Shown here: positions 24,390 through 34,429 of the stretch, piece by piece
Numbering within the stretch: position 1 is the first letter of the stretch
Layout: each line of letters begins with the position of its first letter
Assembly (NCBI GenBank): GCA_010909165.1
Contig: VJWM01000117.1
Coordinates: 744,001-808,000 of the forward strand
DNA: 64,000 bases
DNA from: Anthoceros angustus
Lineage: Eukaryota; Plantae; Anthocerotophyta
Direction of reading: 5' to 3'
Notes under the pieces: model-generated
The model's input: only the letters and a program-made list of their open reading frames with translations
Told to the model about the DNA's origin: nothing
Database searches by the model: none
Translations under genes and position numbers: made by a program

Positions 24390-27261
24390 TCAGGGTCGTC
24401 CCTTACAACTGCAAGAACCAGCTGCAAAACGATGCACACGGTACCCATCCCTTACAACAATGTCTCTATGTTCAAGCCTTGACATGATCTGCGTGGAACT
24501 ATGGCAGTCACTGCACATGCGTAGATTCTTTGTTACCACCAGAGGTGTCCCACTCGGAGTGTTCAAGAGACCAAACGCCAGAGCTAGCTTCTCAGCATGC
24601 CCACAGAGCGCATCTTCCTTTTCCTCCTCACACACTGACTTCAACACCAACTTTGTGTCAGGTACGTGGCCTCCTTCCTGCTTCAGACGTGTATTCGTGC
24701 TCTCTACCTTAAGCGCAATATCCCCTCTTTTTTCCCCCACTAGAAACCTATGTACCTCCTTATTCACCTCAATAGTCGCCACTGCAGGTTTCTTGATAGC
24801 CCTTGCTACCCTTCTCTGTGTCTCAATCCTATTTACATCGGTCCACCGACCTGCATCCGCATAGGCATTGGCCATGAGCACATAGGCGGGGCCCTCCTGG
24901 GGGTCCAGCGACACGATGCTTTCAAAACACCAAATCGCCCTTTCTATATCCCCGTGACTTTTGCAGGCATTCAACAAACACGTCAAGCCCACAACATTAC
25001 TTTGGCCCTCACATGATAAGAGCATCCTCTCTGCCTCATCTAAATGGCCAGCACGCCCAAGAAGATCAATCATGCAGGTATAATGCTCAATAGTAGGATT
25101 GATGCCGTGCTGTTCAGCCATGGAATTAAAATGCTGGCGACCCTCCTGGACCAGCCCCTCGTGACTGCATGCTACTAAAAGGCAAGTAAAAGTAGCATCA
25201 TTAGGCTGAATGCCGGCAACTAACATCTCGTCAAAACAAGCTAGTGCTTCGTGACCTTCATCACAAGTACCATACCCAGATATGAGGGCGGTCCATGTCA
25301 CCACATCTTTCGTGGCCAAGCTGTCAAAAACCTGGCGGGCATCTTCCAGTTCACCACATTTTGCGTACATGTCCACTAAGCAGTTGCCAACCACTACGTC
25401 ATCCAGCAGTCCCCTTTCCATAATCTGTGAGTGCAGCTGCCTGCCCTTCTGTAAGGCTCCAGTGCTTCCACAGGCCTTCAGAAGGCAAGCAAATGTAACA
25501 TGATCAGCCAAAATGAGACCCGCCTCCTCCATTTGTCCATACACAACAAGCGCCTCTTGGCCGAGTCCTTGCTGTGCATACCCAGCAATCAGGGCGGTCC
25601 ATGTCACCACATCCTTTGTGGCCAAGCTTTCAAAAACCTGGCGTGCACATTCTAGTTCACCACATTTTGCATACATGTCCACCAGGCAGGTGCCGACCAG
25701 TACGTTATCCAGCAGTCCTCTTTCCACAATCTGCGAGTGCAGCTGCCTGCCCTTCCGTAAGCCACCAGTGCTCGCACAGGCCTTCAGAAGGCAAGAAAAG
25801 GTAACATCATTAGCCAAAAGCAGGCCCTCCTGCTCCATCTGTCCATACACAACAAGGGCCTCATGTCCGAACCCTTGCTGTGCATACCCAGCAATCAGGG
25901 CATTCCATGTCACCACATCCTTTGTGGCCATGCTGTCAAAACCTGGCGTGCATCTTCCAGTTCACCACATTTTGCATACATGTCCACCAGGCAGTTGCCA
26001 ACAAACAAGTTAGCAGGAATGCCACTGTGCAACACATCACAGTGCACTTTTCTGCCAGATTCCAAGTCGGCGGCAATGCACAAGCTTGAAGGCAGCTACA
26101 AAGACGTGAGCATCCGCCTTCACTCCTGACCTACGCATCTCATGGTACAGTTGTATGGCCTCATTAGGTTTCCCATGCTTAGCGTACGGAGATTATGGAA
26201 AACCACATGAAGGCATCTGGTTGCCACCTGGTGAACACATCCATGGCCTCCTCTAGCCTACCTCCACATGCATACATGCGCAAGATATGGTTCCCCAAGT
26301 ATGCATCCGACTCGAACCCAAGTTTGACACTGAGATCATGAACTCGTCGCCCCACAACCAAATCCTTCTTAGCTGTACACAGTTTTAGCACACTGTAAAA
26401 CAGAGACGGAGAAATAGCAGAGTCTATCTGCGCCAGAGATTCCAGAGCTCTAACGGCGTCAGAAAGCTTCCCCTGCTGACATAGCATGCTCACCGTTCCA
26501 GCAGTTACGACGCCCATTTCCGATCCTGCATGCCTGCCAGGTTCAGGCTTAGCCGGAGAGCTCGACTTGGAAGGAAAGGGACCATGACCCATCTGCATAT
26601 CCAAGGAAACGAGCTGCTCATCAACCCAAGCTGGCTTAAACATGTTTAACCACAGGACCTCGCCGGACCCCTTACGCCGGAAGTCAGGCGAACGGGAGCT
26701 CTTCTTATCTCGTCTGTTGTCCCACCACATGGTAGGCTCCAGAAAAATTGTTGCCACAAGTGCTCCTGCTCCTGCTCCTGCTTCTGGCAACGACCATCGC
26801 CAGAAAACCCGTCCCCACCCAAACATTTTCTCGGAAGTGGAAGTGCTGGGCTCCTTACAATGCTGCACCTGGGCTCTGTTTGCCAGGGATTCACTCCCAA
26901 AGTGAGGTGAGGAGGGGCTGCTGGTAGAATTCCTGTACATACACCAATTTGCTGTGTCCAGAAAGATTCTGGTTGCCATACTGTGGCCATCGTTCAGGGA
27001 CCGCTGTCGGACGATGAGGCTCACAACGACCATGGCAGGATGCCCAGGTGCTGTGTGTGACCACACCGTACGGGCTGCCTCCGATGAGCCCAAACCCCTA
27101 CGCATGAACATGAATGCAAGCAAGAATCTATTACATGTCTGAACATATGTAGAGCATTCTATGCAGTCCACTAAAGGCTGCGTCTCGATCTCCCAAGCGA
27201 TAAATGCTTCGCGGGTCTGGAATCCGCATGCCCAGGCCAGGGTCACACCTCTTCTCTTCAC
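24390..27261 (-). CDS. PDF(OSB)-motif + PLS-PPR + E1/E2 + DYW:KP GRP-type protein (candidate U-to-C RNA editing factor); this copy has several 1-3 bp frameshifts at 25.9-26.8 kb, so it is a pseudogene or carries consensus errors
   Basis: C-terminus KKPAVATIEVNKEVHRFLVGEK...LCGHAEKLALAFGLLNTPSGTPLVVTKNLRMCSDCH...VVRDGYRVHRFAAGSCSCKGRP* (KPAxA, HxE, CxxC, GRP end). N-terminal WWDNRRDKKSSRSPDFRRKGSGEVLWL at ~26611-26762. The frameshifts are absent in the duplicate at 27.7-29.4 kb. Confidence 0.88.
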
Positions 27262-27347
27262 ATCTTCGCATACGCATATAGGGATGGGTCGATGAATCTC
27301 TCAAGGGACCCCGACGACAGGGAATTTCATGGCAAAATGTAGAATTG

Positions 27348-27687
27348 TTAGCACGATTTCGACAGTGAAAGGGATATCGTGGTGTGCCATTCGAGAGGTA
27401 GGTGACAAAACAAATATGCGTAGAGCTGCTTGAGAGGAGTCCGGTAGGAATCGGGAATTTCCACGCTGCCAATGGCTTCCGCAACCTCCTCCTTCCCAGC
27501 ACGGGTGGCAGCCGCTCCCAAGATCGTGTAACGTCCGGTGTCCATCACTGTACCGGGCACCCAACCGGGTGAGCTCAACCCATCCCGGTGCAGGCCCTTG
27601 AATCCAACAGGGCGCAGGCATCCGGAGTGTCGCAAATTCTGGCAAGAACGGCATTCCAGTCGTCCATGGAGTCCGATGCCTCCTCCA
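27348..27687 (-). pseudogene. 3' fragment of the orphan ORF 29516-31378, fused out of place to PPR sequence
   Basis: Matches 29516-29859; junction at GCCTCCTCCA. Confidence 0.85.
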
Positions 27688-29428
27688 TTTGTCCATACAC
27701 AACAAGCGCCTCTTGGCCGAGTCCTTGCTGTGCATACCCAGCAATCAGAATGGTCCCTGTCACCACATCCTTTGTGGCCAAGCTTTTAAAACCCGGCGTG
27801 CATCTTCCAGTTCACCACATTTTGCATACATGTCCACCAGGCAGGTGCCGACCAGTACGTTATCCAGCAGTCCTCTTTCCACAATCTGCGAGTGCAGCTG
27901 CCTGCCCTTCCGTAAGCCACCAGTGCTCGCACAGGCCTTCAGAAGGCAAGAAAAGGTAACATCATTAGCCAAAAGCAGGCCCTCCTGCTCCATCTGTCCA
28001 TACACAACAAGGGCCTCATGTCCGAACCCTTGCTTGGTGAACCCAGCTATCAGGGCATTCCATGTCACCACATCCTTTGTGGCCATGCTGTCAAAAACCT
28101 GGCGTGCATCTGTCAGTTCACCACATTTTGCATACATGTCCACCAGGCAGTTGCCAACAAACAAGTTAGCAGGAATGCCACTGTGCAACAGATCACAGTG
28201 CACTTTTCTGCCAGATTCCAAGTCGGCGGCAAGTGCACAAGCTTGAAGGGCAGCTACAAAGACGTGAGCATCCGCCCTCACTCCCGACCTACGCATCTCA
28301 TGGTACAGCTGTATGGCCTCCTTAGGTTTCCCATGCTTAGCGTACGCGGAGATTATGGAAAACCACATGAAGGCATCTGGTTTACCCACCGTGGTGAGCA
28401 CATCCATGGCCTCCTCTAGCCTACCTCCACAAGCATACATGCGCAAGATATGGTTCCCCAAGTACGCATCCGTCTCGAACCCAAGTTTGACACTGAGATC
28501 ATGAACTCGTCGCCCCACAACCAAGTCTTTCTTAACTGTACACAGTTTCAGCACAGTGTAAAACAGAGACCGAGAAATAGCAGAATCCGTCTGCGCCAGA
28601 CATTCCAGGGCTCCAACGGCCTCAGAAAGCTTCCCCTGCTGACATAACATGCTCACGGTTCCAGCAGTTACGACGCCCGTTTCCCATCCCTCACGCCTGC
28701 CAGGTTCAGGCTTATCCGGTGAGCTCGGCTTGGAAGGAAAGGGACCATGACCCATCTGCATATCCAAGGTAACGAGCTGCTCATCAACCCAGGCTGGCTT
28801 TAACATGTTTAACCAAAGGACCTCGCCTGACCCCTTACGCCGGAAGTGAGGTGAACGGGAGCTCTTCTTATCTCGCCTGTTGTCCCACCACATGGTAGGC
28901 TCCAGAAAGAATTGTTGCCACAAGTGCTCCTGCTCCTGCTCCTGCTTCTGGCAACGACCATCGCCAGAAAACCCGTCCCCACCCAAACATTTTCTCGGAA
29001 GTGGAAGTGCTGGGCTCCTTACAATGCTGCACCTGGAGGCTCTGTTTGCCAGGGATTCACTCCCCAAAGTGAGGTGAGGAGGGGCTGCTGGTAGAATTCC
29101 TGTACATACACCAATTTGCTGTGTCCAGAAAGATTCTGGTTGCCATACTGTGGCCATCGTTCAGGGACCGCTGTCGGACGATGAGGCTCACAACGACCAT
29201 GGCAGGATGCCCAGGTGCTGTGTGTGACCACACCGTACGGGCTGCCTCCGATGAGCCCAAACCCCTACGCATGAACATGAATGCAAGCAAGAATCTATTA
29301 CATGTCTGAACATATGTAGAGCATTCTATGCAGTCCACTAAAGGCTGCGTCTCGATCTCCCAAGCGATAAATGCTTCGCGGGTCTGGAATCCGCATGCCC
29401 AGGCCAGGGTCACACCTCTTCTCTTCAC
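27678..29428 (-). pseudogene. Duplicate 5' two-thirds of the PDF-PPR gene (open 29157-27760), lacking E/DYW
   Basis: EHLWQQFFLEPTMWWDNRRDKKSSRSPHFRRKGSGEVLWLNMLKPAWVDEQL in frame with PLS repeats; truncated where it joins the orphan-ORF fragment. Confidence 0.85.
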
Positions 29429-29515
29429 ATCTTCGCATACGCATATAGGGATGGGTCGATGAATCTCTCAAGGGACCCCCGACGACAGGGAATTTCATGG
29501 CAAAATGTAGAATTG

Positions 29516-31378
29516 TTAGCACGATTTCGACAGTGAAAGGGATATCGTGGTGTGCCATTCGAGAGGTAGGTGACAAAACAAATATGCGTAGAGCTGCTTG
29601 AGAGGAGTCCGGTAGGAATCGGGAATTTCCACGCTGCCAATGGCTTCCGCAACCTCCTCCTTCCCAGCACGGGTGGCAGCCGCGCTCCCAAGATCGTGTA
29701 ACGTCCGGTGTCCATCACTGTACCGGGCACCCAACCGGGTGAGCTCCAACCCATCCCGGTGCAGGCCCTTGGAATCCAACAGGGCGCAGGCATCCGGAGT
29801 GTCGCAAATTCTGGCAAGAACGGCATTCCAGTCGTCCATGGAGTCCGATGCCTCCTCCAACGGGATCACATCCGCGAACCCAACACACAGATCCTGCACA
29901 ATCCGCCGGCGAACGGATTCCAAGAAGGTTGCAACCCAGATGCGGCACATGGGCTGTGTCACCAGCGCAAGCCTGCGGCGGAGATCGTCTGCCTCCCGAT
30001 CGCAGCCCTCCCCCCGGCTGTGAATCATGTCCTCCCGGCCGCGCCAGGTCTGGAGAGCGTTCTGGGCGGAGGCCAGGTCCTGCTCCTTGCATTCCAGGGC
30101 TGTCTTGGAGTGTTGCAGGGAGGAAGCCTGCTGCTTCCCCCGCTCCTCGGATGCCCGCACAAGAGCCCTCAGCCTGGCCGCCTCCTCTGCCCCGGCCCCC
30201 GCCGCGGCCTGTAGCCTGGACAGCATGCCGGGGAGCAATCCCTGGGCCGAAGGGTGCAGACCACGGTACGATTCGCAGCGCTCGCGCCACAATGCGGCCA
30301 TGGAGTTTTCGTGGAGACGGAGAAGGTGAACGAGCTCCTGGGTTGCGTGGCTGATGTGCTTGAGGGTGCACCGGAGCTGGGTGATGGAGCTCGAGAGGGG
30401 CTGGCTATGGCGTTTAGGGTTCAGGACGATGGCCGCGTTGGTGAAATTCTGGAAGGCGCTGGCGGCTCTGTCGAGCGGCAGGCTGGGGATGGTGAACCAG
30501 TTGTAGGTGGAGGGGTGGAACTCTGGCAGGCCTCGGGGGATCAGGAAGCGGTCGATCTGTTGGTGCATCAGAGTAGGGATTTCGTGGATGGCCAGGGCTG
30601 CGGGAGGATGGCGGACGTCCAGTGTCTGCATGCAGTCTGTGTAGATGAAGGCGCACTGGATAGAACTTCCTCTGTCGGGGTTGGGTTTGTCGCTGTCCGG
30701 TGCCGTGGCCGGGTCTGGTACCTCCGCCAGCTCCTCATTGTGGGTTAGCTTCTGCTGGATTTGGGTGTAGACTTCCCTGATTCTGCCCACAACGTCCATC
30801 TCGTGTGACATCCATGTGGAGTCCTGGTCCTCGGAGCTTAGCGGGTGGTGGGTTTCCTCCGTGTACACCCTCGGCCTCCCGCAGCCCATGCATTTGAGAC
30901 GACTCGGGTCTGAGGAGAAGAAGGAACGCGTTTCCCACTCCTCTTTGGTCTTGGCTGCTGTGGCCTCTTTCTCTTCAAGTTTGCGCAACTTCAGCTTCTG
31001 TTTCTCGATCTCCTTGTCCCTATCTGCTACCTGCTGGATCACCTTGCCGACTTCCTTGTGGCCATCTCGAATCTTTGGTTCTAAGCTCGCCGCCTGCTTG
31101 ATTCTGTCGTCTATTTTCTGCTGCAAGCCGGCCAGATCCTCTTGTGCTTTTGAAGTCTCCTGTTTCAAGGAAGCGAGTTCTCGCCTCAGTTGCACTACCT
31201 GATTCTGGGGCCCGTCGGGGGGTTTCGGGGCTTGGGAGAAGGACACCACCCGGTGCAGCGCTGAGGTTCTTGAAGGCTGAGGTGAGGAATCGGTGGAAGG
31301 TGCAGGAGTCGGGTCAGGAGGAGTCTGTGCAGGTTCAGGTGCTGATGCTGATGGTGCAAGGTTTTCGGCATCCACCAT
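29516..31378 (-). CDS. Orphan intronless ~620-aa protein with a Pro-rich N-terminus and two predicted coiled coils
   Basis: Uninterrupted ORF of >1.8 kb, GC-rich with coding-like composition; heptad-like segments LRRELASLKQETSKAQEDLAGLQQKID and LRALVRASEERGKQQASSLQ. No family recognised. Confidence 0.6.
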   Translation of the reverse strand: MVDAENLAPSASAPEPAQTPPDPTPAPSTDSSPQPSRTSALHRVVSFSQAPKPPDGPQNQVVQLRRELASLKQETSKAQEDLAGLQQKIDDRIKQAASLEPKIRDGHKEVGKVIQQVADRDKEIEKQKLKLRKLEEKEATAAKTKEEWETRSFFSSDPSRLKCMGCGRPRVYTEETHHPLSSEDQDSTWMSHEMDVVGRIREVYTQIQQKLTHNEELAEVPDPATAPDSDKPNPDRGSSIQCAFIYTDCMQTLDVRHPPAALAIHEIPTLMHQQIDRFLIPRGLPEFHPSTYNWFTIPSLPLDRAASAFQNFTNAAIVLNPKRHSQPLSSSITQLRCTLKHISHATQELVHLLRLHENSMAALWRERCESYRGLHPSAQGLLPGMLSRLQAAAGAGAEEAARLRALVRASEERGKQQASSLQHSKTALECKEQDLASAQNALQTWRGREDMIHSRGEGCDREADDLRRRLALVTQPMCRIWVATFLESVRRRIVQDLCVGFADVIPLEEASDSMDDWNAVLARICDTPDACALLDSKGLHRDGLELTRLGARYSDGHRTLHDLGSAAATRAGKEEVAEAIGSVEIPDSYRTPLKQLYAYLFCHLPLEWHTTISLSLSKSC

Positions 31379-31869
31379 CTTCCTCAGCACTCTCCTTTCC
31401 CTTCCTTCCTAGAGATCATTTCACTGCAGGTACAAACCCTGGCAATCCTGATCGTGGACGTGTCACAGTTGATGTGAGCCTTGCTTGTGCCAGAGCTCCA
31501 GATTGACGCACCTTTGCAAGTGCCTGTATATCAACCTGACTCCTGCTGGGACAGTCGCGTCCCTTGGATGGGGCTCCATGAGCGTGTCGCACCATGCTTC
31601 GGCTTCTCTTGAAACTGTGATATCATCATCTTTGTGCCATACAGGTGGCAGTTGTGCCATCTGCCGTGTTTCTTCACATGTCCACACAGGGAACCTGCAT
31701 CCAAACTTCGATTCTTTACAAAGAAGGTTGTGGGTGATTTTGGGCAGTTGGAAGTGTCTTGGCAAATGCAAGTGCTTGTCCTCTTCAGCAGAGGAATCAA
31801 GTTACTGATTGTGGAGGGCACAACCATCGAGTGAAGGTCTCAGGAGAGCACCGATGAGTTGCTGGTGAC

Positions 31870-34044
31870 ATGCCTGCTGTAGAGCTTGGAAGAGGGCTCT
31901 TGTGGAGGGCGTTTCTTTGCACCCGGACCCGACAAGCTTGTGGGTTGCCACAGTCGGTCGCGGACCATACACCCTTGCAACGTGTGCCGAATTACTCGTC
32001 TTCGCCTGGCTGGCCAGATGATACGGAGCCTCTCAGCCCTGCAGGACACGAATTTGAAGTGAGCGCTGAAACAGTGCGCAATCTGTGTCAGCAGGGGCAG
32101 CTCCATGAGGCCGTTGACGCTCTGGAAGGTCTGTTACAGGCAGTGCAGGCTGACTGTCGTGTTTCCAAAACTCTCCTCTACACCGTCCTCAAAAACTGTG
32201 CGGTTAGGAAGGATGTGGTTCTGGGCCGCCGTCTGCATACTCTGATGGTGAAAATTGGGTTTCATTTGGACACGTTCTTGTGCAACCACATTTTGCGGAT
32301 GTATGCTTCTCACGCCAGCTTGCAGGAAGCGATGGCTGTGTTCACCTCGGTTGCCACACCAGATGCCTTCATGTGGTCGTCCATCATTTCTGCCCATGTT
32401 AGACATGGGCAGGCTGTGCAGGCCATAGAGCTGTATCATGGGATGCGCAGGTCGAGGGTGAAGCCAGACGGGCATGTGTTTGTCTCAGCGCTACAGGCCT
32501 GCGCGAGAGCAGCAGACCTGAAATCTGGGCAGCTGGTCCATGCTGATGTGCTGGCCGCTGGTGGTGAGCCAGATGTGTTTGTTTGCAGTTGCTTGGTGGG
32601 CATGTATGCAAAGTGCGGGAGTCTGGAGCAAGCCAGGAGCGTGTTTGACAGGCTTCCTGAGAAGAATGTGGTGACCTGGACCTCTTTGATTTTAGGCTAT
32701 TCCCAGCAGGGAATGGGGCAGGAAGCCCTTCATCTTTACAGTGATATGCGACATGAAGGTGTGGCTGCACCCAATTCGGTGACATATGTCTGCCTCCTGC
32801 AAGCATGTGCAAGTGTGGGCTTCACGGCTCTGGAGAAGGGGAAGCAGCTTCATGCACAGATTGGAGAGCAAGGGCTTCATGGTAATATGTTTGTGGCTAA
32901 CAGTTTGGTCAACATGTATGCAAAGTGTGGCAGCCTAGAGGAGGCCCAGAGCCTGTTCGATGGACTGCGTCGGAAGGATGTCGTGACGTGGAATGCCATG
33001 ATAGCAGGATATGCCCAGCAAGGCATGGTTCAGGAAGCCCTCCGTCTTTACCGTGCTATGCAGCAAGGAGGTGGTGCATCACCTAATTCGGTGACATTTG
33101 TGTGCCTCCTGCAAGCATGTGCAAATGTGGCAGCTTTGCATCCAGGAAAGCAGCTACATGCTGAGATTGTGCAACAAGGGCTCCAGGCTGATGTGTTTGT
33201 AGCCATCAGTTTGATAAATATGTATGCAAAGTCTGGCAGCATGCTTGATGCACAGGTGGTGTTTGATGCCTTGCCCGAAAGAGACGATGTCGCCTGGAAT
33301 GCACTGATTGCTGGATACACTCGTCAGGGAAACAGTGCCAAGGTCTTGGACCTGGTCCACAGAATGAGAGAGGATGGGTTGCGGCCAAATGGCATCACGT
33401 TCCTCAACGTTCTAACAGTGTGCAGTCACGCGGGTCTTGTGACACAGGGGCGGGAGTGCTTTGAGGCTATGAGCAGACACTACTGTATCCCTCGCACCAC
33501 AGAGCATTATGCATGCATTGTGGATCTCCTGGGTCGTGCCGGCCATCTTGACGAAGCACTAGCAGTGGTGAGGGCCATGCCCCTAGTGCCCCATGCTGCA
33601 GTTTGGCGCACTCTATTAAGTGCTTGCCGGAAGTGGGGCAACGTGGAGGTGGGACGCCATGCATTTGATGAAGTAGTAAAGCTAGATGAAACAGATGCTG
33701 CTCCATACGTATTAATGTCAAACTTGTACACCAGTGTCCACATGTGGGAGCAGGCAGAGGAGATGCAGGCTAGGAGAATAGGCATTGGGGCATGGAAGCA
33801 GCCAGGCCAGAGCTGGTGGACAGACATCCATGGAGAGGTGCACAGCTTTCTGGTTGGGGATAAAAGCCACCACGAGAGTGAAGGGATATATGCACTTCTG
33901 CAACACCTGGTTCCCAAAATGAAGAACCAGGGGTATGTCCCATATCTGGAATCTGCTGCACTGCAGGACACATACGATGACATAAGCAAGGTGGTCATTT
34001 GTGCCGGCACAATGAAAGCTGGTTGTGCCCAATGCTCTCAATAA
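31870..34044 (+). CDS. PLS-PPR with PGxSWW (WW-type) C-terminus; DYW domain frameshifted and truncated
   Basis: PLS repeats, E1/E2, then KQPGQSWWTDIHGEVHSFLVGDKSH...GYVP. An out-of-frame C-R-H-N-E..L remnant at ~34010-34070 is followed by unrelated sequence. Confidence 0.88.
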   Translation: MPAVELGRGLLWRAFLCTRTRQACGLPQSVADHTPLQRVPNYSSSPGWPDDTEPLSPAGHEFEVSAETVRNLCQQGQLHEAVDALEGLLQAVQADCRVSKTLLYTVLKNCAVRKDVVLGRRLHTLMVKIGFHLDTFLCNHILRMYASHASLQEAMAVFTSVATPDAFMWSSIISAHVRHGQAVQAIELYHGMRRSRVKPDGHVFVSALQACARAADLKSGQLVHADVLAAGGEPDVFVCSCLVGMYAKCGSLEQARSVFDRLPEKNVVTWTSLILGYSQQGMGQEALHLYSDMRHEGVAAPNSVTYVCLLQACASVGFTALEKGKQLHAQIGEQGLHGNMFVANSLVNMYAKCGSLEEAQSLFDGLRRKDVVTWNAMIAGYAQQGMVQEALRLYRAMQQGGGASPNSVTFVCLLQACANVAALHPGKQLHAEIVQQGLQADVFVAISLINMYAKSGSMLDAQVVFDALPERDDVAWNALIAGYTRQGNSAKVLDLVHRMREDGLRPNGITFLNVLTVCSHAGLVTQGRECFEAMSRHYCIPRTTEHYACIVDLLGRAGHLDEALAVVRAMPLVPHAAVWRTLLSACRKWGNVEVGRHAFDEVVKLDETDAAPYVLMSNLYTSVHMWEQAEEMQARRIGIGAWKQPGQSWWTDIHGEVHSFLVGDKSHHESEGIYALLQHLVPKMKNQGYVPYLESAALQDTYDDISKVVICAGTMKAGCAQCSQ

Positions 34045-34084
34045 GATCCCCAAGGCGATCCCCACCATGTGCCTTGTGAACTAT

Positions 34085-34186
34085 GTGTGTACAGGCTACA
34101 TACAACAAGGCATGCACATTGTGCACAGCAACGCCCAATAACGCCACTGTTAACAGCATAAGCATGGAAAGCATCCTAGCTGCCAC
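34085..34186 (-). pseudogene. 5' remnant (signal peptide) of a duplicated papain-like protease gene
   Basis: AARMLSMLMLLTVALLGVAV parallels MAAAMLSLLMMLTVALLGVAV at 35611. Confidence 0.7.
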
Positions 34187-34429
34187 AATCAGATACGAAG
34201 AGAACTAATATAAAGCTGAACATAAGCATCCATCTTTGTGCAATAAGGAGAACATATGCATTCTGAGGCAATGAACTTTCTACTTACATACCTTTCTTCG
34301 TGTCGGCTCTTGTGTGTGTACCAAAGAGACTTTGAAGTTGGTTACACATACATAGACATGCTGAGAGATAGACACACAACTTCGTGGTTCAGCGCCTTGG
34401 CCATAAGCAGTACATACTGAGTGGAGCTC

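Noticed and set aside
25930-26800. Frameshifts taken as proof that the PDF-PPR-GRP gene is a pseudogene
   Set aside because: They are 1-3 bp losses, often in homopolymers (e.g. AAAA vs AAAAA at ~25938 vs ~28093), and are absent in the sister copy. This is typical of long-read consensus error, so status is unresolved.
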